NCBI GenBank assembly: GCA_965112735.1
Contig: OZ218951.1
Coordinates: forward strand, 5,332,001 to 5,396,000
Source of the DNA: Phaeosaccion multiseriatum
Taxonomy: Eukaryota > Protista > Ochrophyta, other classes
DNA length: 64,000 nt
Direction: 5' to 3'
A program made the position numbers and the translations under genes. This document shows, in pieces, positions 39,715-50,500 of the stretch; position 1 is the stretch's first letter; each line of letters starts with the position of its first letter. Below the pieces are notes generated by a model. It was not told the origin of the DNA, made no database searches, and saw only the letters and a list, made by a program, of their open reading frames with translations.

Positions 39715-40450
39715 TCATCTCTCCTGTTCTACTGGCGTCACGGGACGTGTGTCCGGGGGCCGAGCAGGGTTCAAGCCTGCCTCATGGCCAACAAGGGCAC
39801 CACCATAGAACGGCGCGACAAGCTCGTGTCCAGCAGGGAAGGGTACCCCGGTGGACCTGTGATGTGCATCGACGGAGCGGTACGAGCGAGATGAGAAGGG
39901 CGGCAGAGGGACGGGAAGGAGCTACAGTACCGTAGGTGGCGAGAAGACGCACGGGGGGCGCAGATGGAAGAGCAAGCCGTCCATGAAGTGCATCAGAGCA
40001 AATCTGGACGAGGTCTTACCTCTCCACCATCTCTACCGCCTGGGTCGTAGAGGCAGAGGCTGCTGCTTCCGCCGCGGCCCGCTCTCTGGCGGCTTCCGCC
40101 TGTTGGTACTTGATGGCAATGTAGCAGCATGCGGATACCAAGATCAATGCTGCCCGGGGGAGGGGATAGGAGGAACCAATTTCAGCGGGGATACTGTGGA
40201 CGCTCGCACAAGTCGGATACCCTGATCGTTATCTTTTGTCTCACTCAGCCCACTTACAAAAGGAAAACCACACGAGCAGTATCCACCACATGGAGGGACT
40301 GTAGTAGTAGTCGTGGATCGGGGTATTGGTACTGTCGGTGCTGTTGGTGGTGTGGTATTTGTTAGCAGTGTCCTCCGTGGTGTTCTCTGCTGTGCCTCCT
40401 AGGACAAGAGGACGGAGGAATCCCATGCCCCTCGATGCAGGAAAAGTCAT
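39715..40450 (-). CDS. Small single-pass membrane protein, paralog C (154 aa; exons 40450-40258, 40149-40020, 39856-39715)
   Basis: MTFPASRGMGFLRPLVLGGTAENTTEDTANKYHTTNSTDSTNTPIHDYYYSPSMWWILLVWFSF|SLILVSACCYIAIKYQQAEAARERAAAEAAA…|RSTGVPFPAGHELVAPFYGG…VTPVEQER*. Net exon length differences from B are multiples of 3 (+21 nt, -36 nt, 0). Confidence 0.8.
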
Positions 40451-41558
40451 GAGGACAGCGAGAAAGGAGGGCATAGAAAAGCAAAGCCTCGCTGTGAGGC
40501 ATTTTGGAAAAGGCTCCATGCCAGTTTGAGTTCAAATTCAGTTCAATAATACACATAAACTTAAAACTGAAAATTGGGAAGAGCGGAGGCGCGGATGGGG
40601 AAGGGATGATGATCGCGCCCCGCGTCGCTCGCTTCTTCGTGCGCAAGGAAAAATGCTCTCAAGCGTGGCCGCCGCTCCAACGCTGCGCTGCCCCTCGAAG
40701 GTCGCTCGACCTCGACTTGCCGCTGGCTTGCCTGGCCTTCTCGCTCACGAGCAGCTACTGCGCGCACAGCGCTTGGCTGAACCAGGCCCGTCCGCCTCCT
40801 CGCCCCAGACACGCACGAGTACTTGGGAACCGCTGTCAGCCTCGTGTTACCTCGTCCAAACGTCTCTGTGCCTTGCTTCGTGCCGCTGTACTGCAGCCTG
40901 GCGCGCCACCCTCGCCCCCCTCTTCGACGCGAAGCAAGCGGCTGCGAGCCAGACTCAGAACAGCAAAGCCAAGGTATGTTCGAGGCTCGCTCCTTACTCC
41001 GTCCCTCCGACTGAATGAATGCAGTGTCATTGACGCATTGCAAGTCGAACCGCGCGAGTCGAACCGCCTCCTACCCCCCCCTCCCGCGTCCCGTTCCCCA
41101 TCAAGCTAGCTACTAGCCTGTCGATCGACCCGCGCTCGCTCCCTCTTGTCCTTTCTCAGTGTACATGAGCGAGAGATAAGTCGCGTCGTCTGTGTGTGGG
41201 CCTTGAAGCATGCAAGAGCCTTACGATAAGCCTACCGATGCCGGCGTTGTTGTTCGTCCATGTACGGGTATCGTTGGGGGGTCGGGATAGCCTTTCCAGC
41301 TGAGCCCGTGAATGCAAACCACGGACGCCCTTCATCCTCCAGTAGAGGGTGTTCGCTTGAGCGGTGATGCTTCGCACTCGGTCCCCGTCTTCGCTCCTGT
41401 ACGGGTGCCCTTGAGTGGTCGGGACAGCCTTTCAACCTGAGCCCGCCAATGAAAAGCTTCGACTCCCTCTACGTCGAAGTGTGCGTGTGCTTGCTTGAGC
41501 GACGACTTCTTGCGCTCGCTCCTCGTCACCGCCTCTTTCCCTTCCCCTCATCACGGGT

Positions 41559-41945
41559 CTAGCATGAAGGCCCCCTTATACCATCTCCGCCGGCATGGTT
41601 GGGACTATGCGAGTCTGGAGAAGTGATGGGAGAGGTAGAAGCGCCTGTCCGAGTGCTACACGACAAGGTCGTGCGGCTGAGGGCAAGGTCTTCTTGGCTC
41701 CGCCTTTCGTCCGCCATGCGTGCACCGAATCTTCTCTCCGCTGCTCGCTGTTGGAGCCACCGCAGAAGACACATGACGCACACCCAAAACGCCCAGAAAC
41801 CCACAAGAGTGGCAAATAAGACGGCACCTTTAAAATCTCCGAAGCCCCCCCCCCGCCCCTCGATATCGCCCGAGTCGTCGTCGCTGTGGCTGTCCTCCTC
41901 TAGGCCGCCCTCGTTGCTGCTTTTCCGGCTTCCTCTAGGCCACAT
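41559..41945 (-). CDS. Small single-pass membrane protein D (128 aa, apparently intronless)
   Basis: Acidic N-terminus (EEDSHSDDDSGD), TM AVLFATLVGFWAFWVCVMCLL, basic RWLQQRAAERR, S/P-rich tail ASTSPITSPDS. Confidence 0.6.
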   Translation of the reverse strand: MWPRGSRKSSNEGGLEEDSHSDDDSGDIEGRGGGFGDFKGAVLFATLVGFWAFWVCVMCLLRWLQQRAAERRFGARMADERRSQEDLALSRTTLSCSTRTGASTSPITSPDSHSPNHAGGDGIRGPSC

Positions 41946-42565
41946 CTTCTTCCGCCCCCCCTTCAAGGCGTCACGCGGTTGAGGTGTGAGTCACGCAGAC
42001 CTCGGGCCAGGTCCTTCCTATTCGCAATTTGCTCTTGTGCAGTCGTGCTTGCGCTCCGGAGGGCTGGCTGGGCTGGCTGGGCGCCCTTCGCGTGCGGCAC
42101 GACCAGAAGAGCCGAAGTCCCAATAAGGCAGTGTGAGCAGGCCGCTTTAGGCCTTCGTCGCATTACGAGCTGATCCAGCCCTGTCAAAGTTGATCGAAAA
42201 TGAAGAGGCGTATGGGCACTGTGGGAGGGACTGACGCGAGAGCGCCAGAGCGACGGCCTGGGGCGATGAGGAACAGGGAGTAGGGGGGAGCCTAGCCGCC
42301 TGGCGGCGAGATTGGAGAATGGAACGGTGAGCGATACTGGAGAAGTGGGGAAAGAGAGGGGAACCCTTTACGCGAGCGACAACTTGACGACAGAGAGCCT
42401 GAGCCACCAGACTCGAGACGCGCAGCGTCTGGAAGTAGGTCAGAAGGCCCCAACCACCTAAGGAGCGAGACTGGAGAAGAGGAATAGTGAAAGGGGACAC
42501 CCGAAGCAAACGAAGCCGCCAAGCGAAGACAGACAGACAGCTGAGTGGAGGGAGGCTGTAATGCC

Positions 42566-43550
42566 ATGTTGCCTTCAGGCACCGCAGCACCGACCATCGA
42601 GAATGACGACGATGATATATACTTGTCCAAGGCCGGCGCTGGCGGCTCGAATTATGCATTGATCGTCCTCGTGGTGTTCATTGTGAGTTGATGTGTATGT
42701 CGAGCTTTGTGTGTGTGTGGGGCCAAGTCCCTCTCCACCTTTTTCATTTTCTCAGTTCCGGCTGTCGTGTGCCTGAATGAGGCCTGATATGTGTGTGGGG
42801 AGCGTGAGTCGAGTTGAGTATGTGTGTATGTGTGTGTATGTGTGTCTGTGTATGTGTGTATGTGTGTGTGTGTCACCGAGTCTCTCTCGTTCAAGGCCTT
42901 GCCACCTTGTGCGGCCTCACTCCACCTGACTCACCCCTCGCCCATCACTGACTTGCCCCTCCTCCTCCTCCTCCTCCTCCTCCTCCTCCTCCTCCTCCTC
43001 CTCCTCCTCCCCTTTCCTCTTTGAGGTGGTATTGTTCGTCGTGTGGTACTACATCTCTCACATGTCGGCGGCAGCGACACAAACGAGCAGGGAGCAGATG
43101 GAGCGTCGCAGTGAGCGGCGCCATCGGCGGCGGGAGGAGCGCCGCCTGTCGCGGGAGCTAGAAGCAGCCGTAGCCGCATCACGAGAAGGTGGTAGCAGAG
43201 CAGGCGAAGCGAGTGTAGGAGGAGAGCGCTGGGCAGGAGGAGAAAACAGGGAAGACGTTCACCAACAGAGAGGTCTGCCTTTCCTTCTTGAGCCGACGGA
43301 GGCGAGTCTGGGAAGTGTCGATAATGTGTACAGAGCGACTGGAGGCGTGGCTAGTAGGGCCCCTCCGGCCGGTGACTGGCTGGCGGAGTCCGAACTACGC
43401 CCATGGGGAGGGGGCAGTGTATTTGCAGCTGCAGCCACTCAGGTTGGCTCTTCAGCATCCACCAGACCGTGTAGCCCGGACTCCGTCAAGTCAGAGGATC
43501 GGACCAGGGGCATCGCTGGCTGCACAGGGGAGCGGAAGGAGGGGGAGTAG
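42566..43550 (+). CDS. Small single-pass membrane protein E (213 aa; exons 42566-42682, 43026-43550)
   Basis: MLPSGTAAPTIENDDDDIYLSKAGAGGSNYALIVLVVFI|VVLFVVWYYISH…ERRSERRHRRREERRLSRELEAA…ASTRPCSPDS…; the intron splits the TM helix. Confidence 0.7.
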
Positions 43551-44066
43551 CCTCATGAGGCAAAAGAGAGCGATGGAGTGGGCCGTCTGATCTCCGCAAA
43601 CCTACTGTTGCATGAACAAGAGCCCGCGGGTCCACTTCGGTGGGGCGTGCGGCGAGGGCCTGAGAGCGCGCCAGCGTCAGCCAGAGAAGCAGACTTTGCG
43701 CAGTGACCGAGCCATCAGGGGTGCGGTGGAAGCGTCCTTCGCGAGTCCATGCACCGTACAAGGCCAACAGTAGGGGCACTACGCCACTTCTATGGAGTGA
43801 GGGGTGAGGGGCACTAAGCAACTCTATGGAGGAAGGAGGAGGAGCGAAGCCTGCAGCAGGCGTGGGATGGGCACGCGGAGCGAGGCGAGGGTAAGGCGTT
43901 ATATCTGGACGTTACGTGCATTGTGACACCTTCGCTGCCTCCCTCTGTCTCCTAAGCGTAGTAGTACCACGACAGCTAGGCTTGGGGGCTCGTCTGGCGT
44001 AAGTTTCATGCCATTGACAAGCCTAGAGCGCGGTCTTGCACGTCCTGCCAGGTGGGCTGCCACCAC

Positions 44067-44115
<49 letters not shown>

Positions 44116-44966
44116 TGACGTGAGGCTGGTAACCTCCTGTACCATCGCCTCCCGCCCGCCCTCCAGCACCAAGTCATTCCTGCCGTAGTATGTCTACGCC
44201 TGTCCGTTGCAACATCCCATGCTCTATCCTACTACCCCTTCTCCCCGCCCCGGCTCGATGCTGAGTCCTGTTTCACTCGTCTCTGAGAGTCGACCCCCAT
44301 ACCCATTCCTCCCTTCACTCCTCTCCCTGATCGGAACTAGCTTCCCTTTTCCTGCACGAAACGCCCCCTCCCTCAAAGTCCTGCTCATCTCTGCATACTG
44401 AGCGACTGCTTTCTCCCCGAGTGGGTGCTCGCTCTCCCTCTTCGCTCTCGCCCCTCAGAATAGTGAAAGAAAGTCCCCGCGCATGTACCTACGTCCCCTC
44501 CCCCCTCAGTCGGTGATCCACCCTACCCTTGGCCTAGCTTCTCCTCGCACTTTGTGTGCCTTTGGCAATTGTGTTGTTCCTCGCTCGTAAGGCCCCGCCG
44601 ATCGGGATCCGATGGGGGGAGATCGGATTTAGGTAGGGTGTTTTGAGTGTGGTTTCGTGTCGAGAGCAGCATGTGGTCGCGACATGACCTAAGGCTTATT
44701 CGTGTCGAGAGCACGAGGGGTGGTCTCGAGTCGGAGCCACGACTGAGCGCAGGGGACAGGCTGGCGTACACGCGGATTCGAGCCGCACGGGCACACTGGA
44801 TCTTCTCGGGATCTCCTCTTCGCACTGCGTGGTAATGACACGACCTTTTCCCTCCTCTGCTTGTCTTTCCCACTCTCTACTGGGCTGCTCTTACGTCCTC
44901 AAACGTTAAGACTTCAGCGCCCTTTCAGGGTGGGAAACAAGGTGAGAGACAGTTACACACGTCACC

Positions 44967-45311
44967 ATGCCTGTTGCGAGTGCAGAGAGTACTGGAGATA
45001 TGCTCGGGCTCTTCGACGACCTCAGCGCTTCGGGCGATAGACTCCAGCGACGGTACGATGAGTGTGCTGCAGTTGAGAGTACCGTAGGCCTCGAGTACAC
45101 GTTTGCCGAACGAGCGATTGATGAGGAATGGCTGATCTTTCAGGCATTGTTAGAAACATTGCGGAAAGCGAAGCTGTCCCTGTCTGGTATCACACTTGAG
45201 GGCCAACGCAAGGTCTTCAACAGTATGTGTCCTCATCCTGAGATCGGGGGGAGGAGGAAGGACACAGTGTGGCGACTACCCGAACATGTTGGTTCTCCCC
45301 CTTTTTTTTAG
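44967..45311 (+). other. Intronless 114-codon ORF of unknown nature (possible TE or gene remnant)
   Basis: Protein-like composition (…AIDEEWLIFQALLETLRKAKLSL…); no recognisable motif. Confidence 0.25.
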
Positions 45312-45552
45312 AATGACCGCCACTAAAAAAAAACAAAATGGCTGCGCAGCAGCGGCCAGAGCTGCCTTACGCTCTTGCCATTCCTTTCCTCCCTTTCCAG
45401 CGCCTGTACTTGCACGGTTCAGTTGTTGCGACTGCGCCGTGCTCTGCCGTGGCCTGGCTCATCAAGGCTCAGGCACCTGTGCTTGGGGGTTTGTTAGGCA
45501 CCGGCAGGACGCGTAGGTTTCAGAAAGGAGCCCATCCAAGCCATTAAAAAAA

Positions 45553-47516
45553 ATGCACCCTACTATCGCTGTTGCAGCCGCGGCTTGTCTTCTTCCTGCA
45601 GGCGCTCATGCCCAAATGGTGGTGGGACTCAACGCCGAGGGAAACACGTGCGTCCAGGTCGAGGCCGGCGTCATGAAATGCGTGGGGAGGTAAGCGATGC
45701 ATACCCTCCGATGATTTTCCCTTCTTTGCATCATGTTTACTCTTGTTGATGCCACCTCCTGCTGCTGCTTACTTGCTACGGTGCGCTGCGCTGCTGTCTG
45801 CCGACCTGTCCTGTCGCCCTCTAACAAGCGGTCATTACGGAGCTCTTGGTCTGGGATACGCTTCCGACAATATCGGGGACTCTGCATCAGAAATGGGTGA
45901 CAGTCTCATTGCCACCGACATCGGAAGCGGGAGGACGGCCATAGCGCTCGGTGGCTCCTCCTCCGCTATGTGTGCTGTGCGGGACGATGCCTCTCTCGTG
46001 TGCTGGGGGAATAACGACTATGGGGAGCTTGGCGCGGTGAGTGCTGGTATGACGCAGCAAACGAGGTCGAGGCACCAGTACATCGATACTAGCACGCCCT
46101 CTTTGACTCTCTTCTCATCCATCCATCTGACTGCCAGACCGCACCCGTCCTCCGCCCTGCCCCCTGTGCTTGGCACAGGATAACACCATCGACACAGGAG
46201 AGTCTTCGGACGACATGGGCGACAACTTGACACCAGTCAACCTCCAAGACAATGCGGTGGATGTGTGCGGCGGTAGGTAGACAGGTATATTTCATGCACG
46301 TGTGAAACAAGGTTCATCAGGCCTGTCCGCCACACTCTTTCCCCTTGGTGTGTGTGCTTGACTGGTGCATCCTCACTCATGCCCCTTCTTGGACCTCCTT
46401 TCAATTTTTTGCCAGGTACTTCCACAAACTGTGCGCTTCTCGACACGCAGGCTGTGAAGTGGTAAGTGCGCGAGGGAGGGAAGGGAGGGGAGGAGACGGG
46501 AAGGGAAGGGGAGGGGAGGGGAGGGGAGGGGAGGGAGGGGAGGGAAGGGGAGGGGAGGGAAGGAAAGGAAAGGGAAGGGGAGGGGAAGGGGGGGGGGGGA
46601 AGCGACATGCTCATATTTAATACAGCCTGCCTGCTCTGTTCCTTTGCTCGCCGCCTCTTCCTTCCTTCCTTCCTTCCCCAGCGTGTGGCACCCTCCCATC
46701 ATTGACTCCCTCCTGTCACCTCCCCTCCTCCTCCCTTCCGCCGTACCGTGATTCAGTTGGGGCTCCAATGATCAAGGGCAGGTGTGCTTCGGGAATCAAG
46801 GGGGGGGGGCAGAAGAGACTTGCTAGTAGCACGTCATTATTCGTACCGACGATGAAAGTCACTGCTCATAGATGAACACCCACCATACCAACATGCTATG
46901 CCCATCCTCTCTAACCTCTCACTGACTACAAAGTGTTCCGTTCGATGGACCCAGCTTGTTGTTTTCTGTAACCGACCCTTGCTTGCTGCGCTCCTCTACT
47001 TCTTTCCGTCGAAGGAAGAGTCAGTAGCTCATTCTCACTCCCCCCTGCCCCCTTCCCCTTCCCCGTCTCGCTCAGCTTGGGCAGGGAAGTACCAACAGTG
47101 CAATTGGAGCCCGAAAGCGCGACATGGCTAGGTTGGTAAGTAGCGACACAAAAGGCAGGCAAATCGCTTCACTAAGACAAGACAGCTCGCCAAAGCTCGC
47201 CAATCAGCCCCAAGTCCTCCTTCCTTTGACCTCTCTGCCCCCCCCTTGGAACCTTGCTCCCTCTGTCTCGGTGGTTGCTGCGCAATTCCTCCACCATTCT
47301 TAACAGGACGACATAGACCTCGGCACCGGCGTCCTTGTCGCCTCTCTCTCCTGCGGTGCGACCCACGAATGCGTGGTAAGTCGCGAGTGATGGGATGGCA
47401 ACTGAAGGGATGGATGGCAGCTGATGGTGGCCCCCTGAGGCGATTGTCTCGATACCACGCTGTTGAGCGTTTGCCTTTGTGGATTTTTCGCCTGGCGGGC
47501 ACACACGCACGCACAC

Positions 47517-47549
<33 letters not shown>

Positions 47550-50500
47550 TGTCCCTCATTCCCGCCCCCTTTTGTCCCCACCCCCCCCTCGCTCTTCACG
47601 CCGGCGCGCCCATATGCGTGCATTGGTTGTATAATGTGCAAACGGGTCACAGATCACGCAAGATGCCGCAGTCAAGTGCTGGGGAGACAACACGTACGGC
47701 CAGTGTGGACAGAGTGGAGGAGGGCCCATTGGCATGGCCGCGAGCGACATGGGAGATAACTTACCCACCGTCAATCTCGGGGGCACTGACCACACCGCCA
47801 AGGCTGTGGCTGCGGGAGGGACCTTCTCGTGTGCGGTAAGTCAACGAAGGGGGAGAGGGGGAGGGGGGAGGTAGAGAGGGTGGGCGAAGTGGGATAAGAC
47901 TTGGCATGAAGTGTAGTAGGCTTCTACTGCGGCTGCTATTTTAGTGGGAGGGAGGAGGGGACAGCCCATGACTCATTAAGCAATGAGTCCTCTTCCTCCT
48001 CCTCCTCATCCCCCCCCCCCTCCTCCTCCTCCTCCTCCTCCTCCTCTTCCTCTTCCTTCTCACGAGCACACTCTTTGATGGTGCCCCTGCCCCTCCTACC
48101 ACGCCCCTCCCTCCCTCCCTTCCTGCTGCTGTATCACCAACTGCTGCTGCCCTCCCTCCCTCCCTGCGGCTGTATCACCAACTGCTGCTCTTGCTGACAA
48201 TTCATAGATTCGGGACACGGACGACATTGTGTGTTGGGGCCTTAACTCCTCAGGTAGGAGGGAGGGAGGGAAGGAGAGAGGGGTGGAGAGAAGGAGGGGG
48301 TGAGTACGTAGGTTCTTGAGCGAGCGAGTGATTGCCTGAGTATCTCCACGCACGCACACACATACGCACACACTAACACAAGTTTCTCAGCTCCGGATCA
48401 GAACAAGCCCTTCTCCGCAGCCTTCTGCCGACCTGCACGCGCGCTGAACCTCTGCTAATCAGTGCCGTTACCTTCCTCACCCCCCCTTCCCCGATGATGC
48501 ATCTCCTGCGCCCAACGCTGTCCGGTACTGCCCTCCCCTCCCCCTTCCACTGACTCTTGCTCGCGCTCGTCGTCGGTAACTTCCCGGTATCGGTATCGCA
48601 GGCCAGGTCAGAGTAAAAGGCAATAGTTTTTTTAGTTTTCAGTTTTCAGTTGATGTGACCGTATCAATATATCGAACACCGTAAATGGGATTGAACATCG
48701 AAGCTAATAACGTAACGGGACAGACGGGTTAAATAAGGCAACAAAGGAATGGGATTGTCTGTATCGGAAGAGGACGACAGGGAGAGGGGAAACAGTAGAA
48801 AGATCACTTCGTACGGAGGCGGCATGCCGCCCGTCTGCTGCCTGCCTGCCTGCTTACCTGCTTGCCTGTCGTGCTCATCTCCTCCTCTCCTCCTCTCCTC
48901 CTCCTCTCTGCTTCCTTTCCTCGTTGCACCTCCCCTCTCCGCTGCTCCTCCCCCTACACAGCTTGGCGTCGGCAACACAATCTCGGTCGACACAGATGCA
49001 GCCTTCGCTGCCATGGTGAGTGAGTGAGTGAGTGAGTGAGTGAGCCGAGAGCACAGCCGAGGGGGAGGTGTTCACAGCGCAGGGTGGCAATGACAATCAC
49101 AACTGGCTGCTCCACGCGGTGTGCAGTCAACCATTTTACCAATGCGACTTTTGGTCTCGAAATGTGTTGCGGTCACTCGAAGGGGTGGCAATGGATGGCA
49201 TTGGATGTTTTTGTGTTGTGTTCCACCGGCGTCGCAAGTCAACAGGCCTCTCACCTCACCTGCCATTCACTGCCATTCACTGCCATTCACTGCCTTCCCC
49301 CCATCAAGACTGCCGTGGACCTCGGGACTGGCCGCACTGCTGTGGCCATCACCGCATCCTTCAGCACCGTGTGTGCCATACTCGACACAGGTAAGTAAGG
49401 AGAAGTGACTCTCATCTCGCAACAAGGTCAACTCCTCCTCCTCCTCCTCCTCCTCCTCCTCCTCCTCCTCCTCCTCCCTCTCTCTCCTCCTTCCCTCCTC
49501 CTCCTCCTCCGCCTCCGCCTGTACTCCCTTCTGTCCCGTCTCTCGAATCAAGTTAGTCTCTCGGCTGAGGTGCTCTCCTTGCATAGTGACTGTACGCGCC
49601 CTCCTTGCCTCATCGGCCGTTACTACCGTCTGCTGCCATCCCTCTCTCTGTACCCTTCACACACGTGCTGCACTTAACAGGCGTGGTCAAGTGCTGGGGA
49701 GAAGGCGCATGGGGAGGTAAGAACAAGAATACGAACAAAAATGCCTCCGTACGTGGGGTATGCTGCAGTGCGACGCAACAGAGAATGTCGCCTGCCGATG
49801 GACGATTCTCCTTCCTCTCTCTTTCGGCGTAACCTCCTCCTCGCCTCCCTCCCTCCCTCACTCACTCACTCACCCCCCCCCCTCCCTCACGCCCTCCCAC
49901 AGTCCCTCCTTTCCTCCCTCACTCATTCACTCATTCACTGGCTCCCTCCCTCCCCTACTCCCTTCCTCACTCCCTCCCTATCCTCTCCTCTCCCCTCCTC
50001 CCTCCCTCCCTCCCTCCCCTGTGGCGTTCACAGAGGTCGGTCAGGGCTCGACCTCCGATGTGGGAACATCGAGCTCGACCGAAGTCAGCAACTTGGCTCC
50101 TGTGGACCTCGGTACAGGCCGCACCGCTGTTTCTATCCACTCCTCCTTCCATCACTTCTGCGCGGTGCGTGATTGAGAATAGGAGTATATGAGGGGGAGT
50201 CGGGCCGCATATTCTATCGCTTCTTGTCCTTGGCTCCTTTCATATGCCTCCGCATGCCTTCGCAATGCCTCCGTATGCCTCCGTTTTCCCTTGTTCCCCT
50301 CTGGGTCCCCTCTGTGTCCGTGCGAGGGAGTCCCGTGCTCTGCTCTGCTCATGGCGGAAAGGGAAGACCACGCACACACACACGCTCACAAACTCGTTCT
50401 GCGTACTAAGGCAAGCGCTTCACTGCCAAACAGCTACACATGCTCACTCCTCTCCTTGCTACTCCGTGCTGGAAACCCTCGCTCAGGTGCTTGACAGCGG

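Larger units (their letters stand above)
37448..41204. repeat. Direct tandem duplication of a ~1.9-kb unit (~37448-39341 and ~39347-41204)
   Basis: Both units start gtgc(g/a)ccgggccgtactc and end gagataagtcgcgtcgtc(c/t)gtgtgtgggcctt, and are collinear throughout; each carries one membrane-protein gene. Confidence 0.92.

Noticed and set aside
37448-41204. Duplicated units interpreted as LTRs of a retrotransposon
   Set aside because: Units are adjacent with no internal gag/pol, no TG…CA ends, and each contains a spliced gene.
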